This document shows positions 14,105-24,400 of a stretch of 64,000 nt of DNA, one piece after another. The notes below the pieces were generated by a model. The model made no database searches and was not told the origin of the DNA. It saw only the letters and a list, made by a program, of their open reading frames with translations. The translations under genes were made by a program, and so were the position numbers. The stretch covers positions 26,274,470-26,338,469 of the forward strand of contig NC_069006.1 in assembly GCF_001194135.2 (NCBI RefSeq). Reading direction: 5' to 3'. How positions within the stretch are numbered: the stretch's first letter is position 1; each line of letters opens with the position of its first letter. This DNA comes from Octopus bimaculoides (taxonomy: Eukaryota).

Positions 14105-14253
14105 NNNNNNNNNNNNNNNNNNNNNNNNNNNNNNNNNNNNNNNNNNNNNNNNNNNNNNNNNNNNNNNNNNNNNNNNNNNNNNNNNNNNNNNNNNNNNNNN
14201 NNNNNNNNNNNNNNNNNNNNNNNNNNNNNNNNNNNNNNNNNNNNNNNNNNNNN
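14105..14253. other. Assembly gap (N run)
   Basis: N run. Others at 25330-25357, 28062-28122, 33760-33769, 35708-35730 and 36715-36732, mostly beside (TA)n or G runs. Confidence 0.98.
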
Positions 14254-14403
14254 TATATATATATATATATATATATATATCAAGCTGTCTACAAGTAATT
14301 TGGAAAGTAGAACATCTCAGCTGTCAATAGTTATCAAACTTCCATTTTTTCTAACTTCCTTTCTCAGTAACAAATCTTCCATTCCTAGTTTCACAACCTA
14401 ATT

Positions 14404-15207
14404 TCATTCCTCTGCAGACGTCATTTTCTTCAACACCTCTTCTTCTAGATTTGCGTGATTCCCACTCATGGACTCCATTATGTCTTCCCCAGAAACTTCC
14501 AGAATAGTCTTCAATTGAGGGCAATATCCAAACATTCTCCTCTTCTGACATCTACAATTCAGCTGCTTACATTTTTGTCTGACCACATTTCTCCTTTGTG
14601 GAAGATTATTTAGTTTGCGTGTTGAATCAACAGTATATTGAAATACATTTTTCTTGCAGGCACCACACGATGTCACATATCTTCTGTTAAAAGCACACGC
14701 CGTATTTTCCCTCCTAATGTTACACGCGAACATATTTCTTCTGAAAGTACATGGTGATATGACACTCCTACTAAAACTGCACGCTGATATATTTGTTCGG
14801 GTGGCAGGACACATGAAAGCGCCTTGTCTGTTGATACTGCACAAAGAAACACTTCTTCGACACGAAACTATCTCATCTGTATAAAGAGAATCAACGTCAA
14901 TTGAACAACACATACACAAATTCTTGTTGGATGGAATATGGACTTGTTTGGGTGCACACTTGGGGTTACAGCCCACGGAAGTTTTCTTGCTGGGGCCACT
15001 ACATGAGTACATATCCCTCTTAACAATGATTTCATCGGCTGTGGAACTGGACTCAGAACCAACAGAACTTCTCCTGTTAAAGTTACATGAGAATAACCGA
15101 CTGCAAAGTCGCCTGAGACGAGAAAAGACATTGGTCAGGCGTCGCCGTCGACTAACTTTGTCTTCCATCCCCCCACACAGAGATGGAACAGGCGACAACG
15201 AGGACAT
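14404..15207 (-). CDS. Intronless Cys/Arg-rich orphan protein, 267 aa, with an internal 9-10 aa repeat
   Basis: 804-nt ATG-to-stop ORF in non-microsatellite sequence, much longer than background ORFs here. It has 22 Cys and 29 Arg, with periodic Cys at aa 123, 133, 143, 153, 162, 171 and 181. I recognise no family. Confidence 0.65.
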   Translation of the reverse strand: MSSLSPVPSLCGGMEDKVSRRRRLTNVFSRLRRLCSRLFSCNFNRRSSVGSESSSTADEIIVKRDMYSCSGPSKKTSVGCNPKCAPKQVHIPSNKNLCMCCSIDVDSLYTDEIVSCRRSVSLCSINRQGAFMCPATRTNISACSFSRSVISPCTFRRNMFACNIRRENTACAFNRRYVTSCGACKKNVFQYTVDSTRKLNNLPQRRNVVRQKCKQLNCRCQKRRMFGYCPQLKTILEVSGEDIMESMSGNHANLEEEVLKKMTSAEE

Positions 15208-16809
15208 TCGTCGTTTTTTTGGTGGGGGATAAGGGGGAGTGGCTTTCTTTTCTTTCTTTTTGTTTTGCTTTTTTTGTGTCCAATTAAAACGTAAGGAATG
15301 GTTGAGACAGTAATTAATTAATGAACTTAAGACAAAGATACAAATTAGTTTAAATGAATGGACTCATAAACGAGAAAAGCACTCAAGTGGAAGTTAAAGG
15401 AATGAGTTAATTAATTAAATATATTAATTGGAAGAGGGCAATAGATTAAGAAAGAAAGAAAGAAAAGGAAGTAATAGAGGGAGAAAGTTATCAACAAGTT
15501 AATCTGATGAGTGCGTGGATCGTTGAAATCAATAGATCGATAAGTAATCAATCAGTCGAACACATAAATGGAAGGATAGAGATAATAAAGAAAAGATGGG
15601 AAAAAATCAATTGACAGATGAAGTTTAAAATGGTAAATTAATGATAATAAAGAACAATGAATCAGTTGAAAGTAGAGAGATCGATAAGCCATGTTTAAAA
15701 ACATCGATCTGAGATCGATTTGAGGCAGAAAAGATGTGTGCAAAATCTTCTTCCCTTGTTAACTTTAGAAACGAACTAATTCAAATGTTTATCACAAACG
15801 GTTTAAATAAAAGATTCTGTTTAAAGTTTTGCAAACCCAATTTGTGTTAACCTCTTCCAATATTCCTGATAAAACTTTCATTTCGTTCTAAACGTATCGG
15901 AAAAACATCGTCGAGTTTTAGTCCTGGTTTCTTCCTTCTTGAATTTAACTGGGGAAAACTCAATAACAAACTGTTGCTAGATGGATCTTCTCCAAAACTA
16001 AGAAACTGGAAATATTAATTATTCATGTTTTAGGTGAGCAAAATAAGGAGGAAGAAGAAGACGACGACGACATGTGATGAGAGATTTTCTTAAAAAAAAA
16101 AAAAAAAGAGCGTCGCAAATTGTAACGTTTTTGTAACGATTCTTAAAACAAAAACAACTTCAAAAACAGAATATATTTCGTTGTAAGTGAAGAATAAGGA
16201 AATGGTACGAGAGCAGGTAAGAAAAATCAACAATGATAGATCTAAAGGACAGAAATTTAGCTTAAATAAATCATTAATGAAATTAAAAGATGTAATTAAA
16301 CATTAGGTTTTATAACCCCTGTTTTTATTATAAACTCTGTTAAATATTTCTGACGATAAACTTTTACCAGGAACCTAGGATGTGTTCAGAAAGTGTCACA
16401 GCTTCAAAGTTCTTTGGTTTTGGTCTTCTATTGTAAATCGATTGAATTTTTATTAACGAAATAAAATTGACCCTTAAATAGATTTTGTGTCCACATTTTC
16501 AAAGGTTAGACGGGTGGAAAATGGGTTCACAGACAACAAAAACGATGGTGAAGCGATGAGATTCAGGTAGGGACCGAGAAGGACCCTGTCGAAGTTGACA
16601 ACTACAGTACAAGACCACATTGTGGAACAAGGAGACGATTCCGACCTCAAGGCTGATTTTTATGTTAAAAATAATATAAACTTACTCTGAGGTTATCTTT
16701 CGGCATTAACGGACTGTCGGCATCAAAGGAGTCACCTTTTCCCTACTAGTCCGTTTAATTGCGAAGATACTGGTTTAGTGTGTGTAGATACTTATACAGA
16801 GATGTGTAT

Positions 16810-16995
16810 TCCAGAACCGTGTACTGCACCTGTGCACCAGAACCAAGGTCTGCAAGACAAGAAGCATGTCAAGCTGCTGGAATGCTTCCACAAGAGATGT
16901 CATGGAAGGAACACGTAACCAACAACGAAGGCCTCCATCTGTCCCGAATATTGAAGCCTTGCTGCTGTTCAGGCAGCTCAGATGGTTCGGATCCG
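16810..16995 (+). mobile_element. RTE-clade LINE ORF fragment
   Basis: Frameshifted HVKLLECFHKRC / SWKEHVTNNE / VPNIEALLLFRQLRWFG, the typical post-RT RTE signature. Confidence 0.75.
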
Positions 16996-17864
16996 GTTGT
17001 TTCTCTCTTTTCCTTTTGCCACTTATATTCATTTATCCTCTTTTCGTATTTTTATTTCTATCGACCGTGCGATGTGCTAAACGAACCATTTCCTCGTCAC
17101 CTCTCCTGATCGCACGCACTTTACATGCTCATGTCCAGAAGAACGGATGAATATCGGATAGATTCGACGGCTGTCTAGCAATAGCAGGGTCCCTCAGAAA
17201 TTACGGGTTGATGCCTGGCATATTGGAAGACCAGTGGGAGCGAAGCATCCCTTAGCTTTTACTAAAGCGTGTCTCTAGGAGAAGGTCAGTCTGATATAAA
17301 ACCAAACATGCAGGGAATGGCATTGGGCATTTTAGCGATCTTTTGCTTGCGCCTGAAGCCATGGCGCTCCCACAATTCTGAGCCTTCATATTAACACTGG
17401 ATGTGATAGCCTGGCTCGCCTCTGGAAGCGCTACTTTGGCCTGTGATCTACAAGGAAGATTACTTTAGGTTACTTTTTAGTTTACTGATTATTTTGAAAA
17501 CAATGAATAATATTTGTTTTTTTAGTAAATTTTTATTAAATTCATGAAAAGACATTAATTTTAACAGATCCCGCTTTGAGGAATCCAGCCATCACACTGA
17601 GACCTCGAAATAGGTCGACAAAACCATTATTAATAAAAGTTTATTACATTAAACGTAACACAAATCTTCAATCACGTGACTCTAGAAGTAATAATAGTTT
17701 CTTACAAACAGAACACTACAAGTTAATAGTCCTTTTTTAAGACAGCAGGACACTATTTGGCTGCTATTTCTACAAGATCAAGTATAGCGGAAGAGTTACC
17801 CCCCCCTGAATTTATAGTTACAGGCAGTTGATCTCTCTGTATATTTTTTGTATTCAAGAGAATA

Positions 17865-18025
17865 TGGTGCAGCAGCTGCTTCCTATCCCAATAAAAGAGT
17901 TCCAGGAATGCTTCCATCAATGGAAATGGTGCTGCATAAAGGACACTTACTTGGAAGGAGATTTAACACTGAATTGATACAGGTTGGAATTTTCTTTACA
18001 CAGCAGCAGTCCTGATGCTTTTAGA
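17865..18025 (+). mobile_element. Mariner transposase C-terminal remnant
   Basis: QLLPIPIKEFQECFHQWKWCCIKDTYLEGD matches the mariner C-terminal pattern FQxCFxQWKxRWxKC..YFEGD, followed by TIR-like cagtcctgatgcttt. Confidence 0.6.
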
Positions 18026-18949
18026 CAAGTCCCTTGTGAAGGTGCAGAGCCAAGTCATTAGGGGGCTGCATTCACAATCACTAGGTCATGGGTTCAATTT
18101 CTAGGCCAGGCTGAGTTTTGTGTTCTTGAGCAAAACAATTCATTTCAAGTTGTTCTAATGCTGTGTGGGGAATAAACCCAACGTTTTCTATGCATGTCAT
18201 TGAAAGGCAACTAGGATTTGCACTCTGACCTTGTAAAAAACCCTCACCAGCAGACCCATGGGTTGGAGGATTGTCACATGAATGGTGAAAAGGAGTCATC
18301 CACTGGAAGTAGTAGAGAATCATCAACAAATGGTGGATGCAGTGACACACTGTTACAGCGCATGCGCCCATACTGTTACTGCTGCTCTTTTGTCATATTC
18401 CAATCTTAGTCTCACCGTATCGTTTCACAAATTAAACCTGGCAGCAAATTTATCAATTATCTCACTTGAATCATACACTGTGAAATTAAGTCATGGGTAG
18501 CCTGCAGTTCATGGGACTTTCTGATTGATATACGGGACGAAAAATATTTTTTGTAGTAGTGTGTGCCACCTGATGATAAGCCCCCTCTCATAGTCTATTT
18601 CTTGTACAAGGTGGTTTGTGCCTAATTTAACTAACTGGATTTTTTTTTTCCCCCCTAACAATAGAATAGAATTTGCAGTGCTAAAAGCCAAGTATCACAA
18701 TGTCTGATGGTACAGGTTCAGATTTAAGTCGACCATTTTCAATTCTAGAGTAAAAATGGATTGAAAAAAGTATTTAGATATTTAACTGTAAAACAAAATC
18801 GAAGTCTTGAAACCAACTCAGTGTTCTGATACATGTAAATAGCTTCGTCTCTCACATACAATCATATTTTGTGGATCTGTTATGTTATTAACACTCATCA
18901 GAAGGTGCTTATTTTCCACTCATCAAAGTGAATGGTTAGCTTTGGCCAG

Positions 18950-19200
18950 GAGGAACTCATGTCATCAGACGATATCCAACAATCATTGGATGTTTCAACC
19001 CCTGAACCATAACCCCCCCCACCCCACCATTGCTGGCCAAATCACTGTTCGTTATCTTTTCCTGGCCTCCAGCTTCACTCCTCTCTCTTGCTCCATAATC
19101 AACAAGTCTCTTTCTGCTGCCTCTCCCATCTGGTGCACAGCAGCCCTTCGCTCGTTCCAATGGTTGTAAGCATTCTGCGTAGCAAGCAGATTGGTTGCTT
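18950..19200 (-). mobile_element. HERO-like RLE non-LTR retrotransposon 3' end
   Basis: ERRAAVHQMGEAAER then, after a frameshift, C*LWSKREE*SWRPG, followed by a 3' UTR-like ggttgaaacatccaatga..ctgatgac. Confidence 0.55.
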
Positions 19201-19599
19201 TTCTTCTTTGCAATTTGTCAAATCAATATAAACAACACCTCCGTTGAGAATTGGAAGAGTTGGAAATTTTTCAATCTATGGAGAAACAGCTAAATTAGCC
19301 TTGGTTATATATCTTCCTACTTGGGTAACATATATACACATACAGGCACACACACTTATGTACAACCATATATGCATACATTCACACACACATACGTTGG
19401 TGCAGAGAATGTCTATGGCAAACGTTAGAAGATCCTGGTGCTCTCACACCCCTGAGAGTGCAATTTGTATTGACCCCAGAAATTTCACCTGTTTCCCTCG
19501 GGATCATACCAACAGGGTAGAGAGGGTCTTTGAAGGATTATACAAGCCTTACTGATTTTTAATTTAGGCACCAAACAATTTTCAATTCATCTTTCTGAA

Positions 19600-19715
19600 A
19601 TTACGTGAAATCTTCCAAAAGTGGTTTAGAAAGAATTTCCAGATGCTGGGTCTCACTGAGGAAATGACAAGGGACCAGGGGCCGTGGCAATTTGCTGTAC
19701 TTGAGAAGACGAAGT
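19600..19715 (+). mobile_element. RTE LINE extreme 3' coding remnant
   Basis: VVxKxFQMLGLTEEMTRDQGPWQFAVLEKT-like translation. Confidence 0.6.
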
Positions 19716-20112
19716 AAAATTGCTGTCATCCATACATCCAGGTTTGTCTTTTATGGGTACTGGTGGCACTTAGCACCAGGACCCCTGTAAAGTGGTTGGC
19801 ATTAGAAAGGGCATCCAACCATAGAAACGATGTTACAACAGACAATTGGCAGTCTGGACAGCGCCATCCAACCCATGCCAACATGGAAAGCAGACGTTAA
19901 GTGATGATACACAAGGCCAATAAACTATGGGAGGTAAGGGGTTAGTCACTCGCACTGGCTCTAGTACTGTACTTGATCAGGCTTGAAACGATGGAAGATG
20001 TTGATAAAATGAAGTGCCAGTCGAATAGCGAGGTCACTGGTTCAAGTCTCCTGCATCACTCAGCAACGTCCAACACACCAAGTCACTGGCTTTGGCCAGG
20101 GCAAACAACATG

Positions 20113-20722
20113 TTGACCCCTTTAGCAATCAGATTACTCTGTCAAATATAAAGCTTATTTATTCACATTGTTCTTGATGATGTGATTGCTTGTTTTTAAA
20201 ATGACAAAGTAGGGGGGGGGGGCAGACGAAAATACAAGTAAAATATGTAAAGCATCAATAACCGGTAGAAGTTATACAGACTCGAGATTTGAGTTCTAAT
20301 TTCCTGTTTGCATCACCAAACCTGTCAACCCTTTAACATTCAGATTACTGTTACCAAATGTAATGCTTATTTATTCACATGGTTTTGAATTAATCATGGA
20401 TTATCTCTTAGCTTTGAGATTTCAATGACATGATTATTTTTAGAATGACATTGTAGAGTAGGTGTGAGCAGTAGAATCTGGCCAGTTTGAACATAAAACA
20501 GGAAGAATATAAGCATTAGATATGGCTGATTCAACCCTTTGGCATTCAAATTATTCTGTCAAATGTAATCCTTATTTATTCACATTGTTTTCAATTAATA
20601 GTGTCTTAACTCAGAGCTTCGAGATTTCAATGATGTGATTGCTTATTCTTTGAATGACACTGTAGGGCTGGTGTGAGAGGCCAGATGAGGCCAGTTTGAA
20701 CATAAAATTATAAATGCTAAAG
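20113..20722 (+). mobile_element. Head-to-tail array of three piggyBac-type MITE copies
   Basis: Left termini ccctttagca / ccctttaaca / ccctttggca at about 20117, 20329 and 20535, with shared internal sequence, ending aaatgctaaag. Confidence 0.65.
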
Positions 20723-20994
20723 TCCTAAGTGAAAACAAATATTTTCATGAAGATGATGATGATGATGATGATGATAATGATGATCAATGTATAAATAGTG
20801 GGGCCACAAAGAAGTTTCAGAAATATTCTGTTTAATATTTTTACCAATTTATCAGATTTTTTGTTTGTTTTGTTGTCTTTTTTTTTTTGGTGGATCTAAA
20901 ACATTCAGCAGAATCAAAAATAAAAAATAAAAATTCAAAGATTTACAAGAAAGAAGATTTTTTTAAAAAATTCAAAGTGAAAACAAATTACAAG

Positions 20995-21415
20995 TGTTTA
21001 TACACACACACACACACACACACGTGTGTGTGTATATATATATATACACACACACACACGCACATATGTATACACACACACACACACATACGCGTGTATA
21101 CAAATATATGTAGTTTTACATGTATATTTGTATATGTTGATAGTGATACTCACACGTATATACATGCATAAATAGGTAGACTCACATACCTGTGCATCTA
21201 TATGTATAGACACATACACAGACATGTATACATACTTGTACATATATTTCAACACACACCCACACGTGTAAACATGTATTTTTCATATTTCAAATGTGCA
21301 CAAATGCATGTGAATGCACACACACACAAACACATCAACATACATACGAGTGTGTATATATATAATATATATATATATAGACACTACTATGCACACACAC
21401 ACACACACACACGCA
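20995..21415. repeat. Compound (CA)n/(TA)n microsatellite tract
   Basis: Seen directly. Similar tracts at about 380-850, 5350-5540, 6410-6490, 53700-54050 and 54830-54970 generate most of the HT/IY/CV-rich ORFs in the track. Confidence 0.9.
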
Positions 21416-21477
21416 CCTAAAACTTATTTTAAAGAAAAAATTTCATTTAATAATAATAATAATCATAATAATGTGCT

Positions 21478-24400
21478 TCAGTTGCTTTCTCCTGTGACTA
21501 TGGCTGGTTTCTGAGTTATCTTACGTTTAAAATATCGTTCCTGTGCATCGAGGAGGGACTGGCCAACCGTGTGCTTGGCATATTTGGGGGGAATGTCATT
21601 TTTGGAGTCAGATTTCTCTTTAGCAATGTCACTGTTCACTTTTGACTCATTACTTGGAGGGGGTGAGGGCAGGCGTGGTGGGGGAGAGCAACGAGCAGAT
21701 GGAAGTGGAGGGGGGGAGGGAGAGGAAGAGACTGGTGGGGCAGGCAGACAGGGCTGCTCGGATACAATTGGGGGTGTGTCTAAATCGATAACCTCAGGGG
21801 TCTTGCTTTCTTTCTCTTTGTCATGATTGCGATGGTGGTGGTGACGATCACTGCTGCCACCACCATCACGGCTGTTATTATTATTATTATTACCCTGGTC
21901 ATCATCATGATTGTAATCGCGAGAACGGTGATCACGGGTATTGTCTTCACCATCGTCATCACCACCACCATCGGACGATGACGACGACGATGATGATGCG
22001 TTAATAGGTATGACCTTCACAGGGGTCCTGGATTTTGGTTTATCTCCCATTCTTGGTTGTCTTTCATTACTGCTCACGCGGGGCAGTTCTTTCTCTGCTG
22101 ATCGCTTCCGATCCCTTGATGATGGTCTTCCACTGTGCCTTTCCTCAGAGTGACCCCTGGCACTGGTGTGGCTTGAAGTGGATGCTTTGTGAGATGACGG
22201 TCGACTGCGTTCGTTCCTGTCTGACCTGTCTCTAGACCTTGAGCGAGATCTCCTCTCATATCTTTTCTCTCTCGAATGTGAACGAGATTTCCTCTCATAC
22301 CGGTTGAACCTGCCTCTGTTGCGAGATCGAGAGCGAGACCTTCGATTGTATCGGTCAAACCTGTTTCGATCCCTTGATCGAGACCGAGATCTGCGGTTGT
22401 ATCGAATGAACCGGGGTCTGTTTCTGAAGTTGAAGTAAGGCTTCCTTTTAAATCGGTCAAATCTCCCGCGATCTCTGGAACGCGACACGGAACGCCTGTC
22501 TCTAGACCGTGACCTCTTGTCCCTCGATCGCGACCGTTTGTCTCTTGATCGAGACCGTCTGTCTCTGGAGCGAGACCGTCTGTCTCTTGATCGGGATTTT
22601 CGGTCCCGTGAGTGAGACCGTGATGATTTCCTATCCCGATAATCCCTTCGGCGTACACGGTCATCTCTGGATCTTGACCGAGAGAATCTATCTCGACCCG
22701 AAGTCTCTGACTTCTTGTGTTGCGGCCTCCGCTCCTCAGATTTCGAACGAGAACGAGAGCGAGACTTTGATTTGGAGTGATGGTTACTACGACCATAGCC
22801 TCTTTCGTCAGTGTGCCTCGAGCGACTCACTGGGCTTGATCTTGTGACAGGGGCAGACTTCTTACGCTTCCGCCTGTCGTCATCACTCTGCGAGTCATCC
22901 GAATCTGAATATTTACTCCTCTGACTCGTAAAACTGCTGTGTTTCTTACTTCCGGAAAGCTCCGGCTTCTGTTTATCAGCAGATTTACCCCAACGACTTC
23001 CTTTGCTTTCTTTCCTCTCCTTAGCGCTGTCATTTGATGACGATGACGACGACGAAGAAGACGAAGAAGAAGATCTCCGTTTTGACCCTTTTTCACCTTT
23101 CGTCACATTCGGATGATGTCTGTCTCCGTCGTGGCTGCTCACTTTCATCTCAACATCTTCAATTTTCAAAAGATTTTTCTTTTCTGCCCTAAAATAGAAA
23201 ACAGAAATAAGACTAATTAATTAAACACATAATGATGCTCGTTAACTACAATAAATACAAACAAAAAAAACAATTCTAAAAGACCCAAACCTCTTCCTAA
23301 ACCTGCCAACTGCCATCAACCAACACCTTTTTTTTAACATTTTTGCTTGTTTCAGTCACTTGACTGTGGCCATGCTGGGGCACAGCCTTTGAAAATTGTT
23401 TTAGTCCAAATTTACGTCAACCAAATCCACTGAAGATGTTGTGAAAGCTTACCATAATGTTTAATCTAAATACAGTGGAATTTTTTTACCCTCACAAACA
23501 CTCAATGGGTGTATGTGTGTGGGGGGAGGTCAGTTTTAATTAGCATTCTTAAAGTATAATTAATCCAATCATCAACTTACAATCCTTCTTCGACATCCTC
23601 TGGTTCCTGTTTCACCGTTGTTGTCTTCTTACTGTAACAAAACGAAAAACAAAAGGTAAATATTGTTCCTGATAAAAACAGAGTCAAAAGACAAAATTTT
23701 TCTGTTCATCAAACAGAAAAAAAAATGTAATAATTTTCTCCCCAAAAGATAGAATTCTAACTACATCTGTTCTTGCATCCATTTTCAATGGTATGTCAAA
23801 TCTATGTGAAATGCCTCCCTATTCACAAAAAGAGTCTGTTACCCAATATATGACAAGCTTCTTTCAGTTTTCATCTACCAAATCCACTCACAACACTTGC
23901 TCAACATGCCACACCATGGGATCCAGAATCAGGTGGTTGGGAAGCAAGCTTCTTACCACACAGAGCCATGTTCCATTTTTATTGTTGTTGTTATTTACCA
24001 AAATAAGGAAACAACTATATTTACCTCCCATCACCTCCTCCTCCGCCATCGTCGTCAGCATTGTCAGCTTGTTGTGGGTCTGTGCCACTTGTCTGTTGAT
24101 ACAGGAACCTGTAGAAGCCACTCAGATCCTTCTGTTTGGTGACGTCCAACAAAGCTGGAGGGGACAAAAAAAAAAATGAAACAAAAGTCAGATAAAAAAA
24201 CAGAGAAATGCAAACAAAAAAACAAGTAAATAAAAATCAAATACATATGGTTGTTGTTGTTGTTTAGCCGAAGATCAGCCCAGATGATCCCTGGTCAAAG
24301 ATATTCCAGCCATGAATGATTATTATGATGATGATGATGACGACTATCAAAGCTGTTTTGTTTTTTACTAGATCTATGTCCTTCCATCTTTTAAGATGGC

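Noticed and set aside
22074-22796. 240-aa alternative-frame ORF and several antisense ORFs over the NSRP1 last exon
   Set aside because: RS and poly-Ser codon repeats leave other frames open as a by-product; there are no independent splice or start signals.
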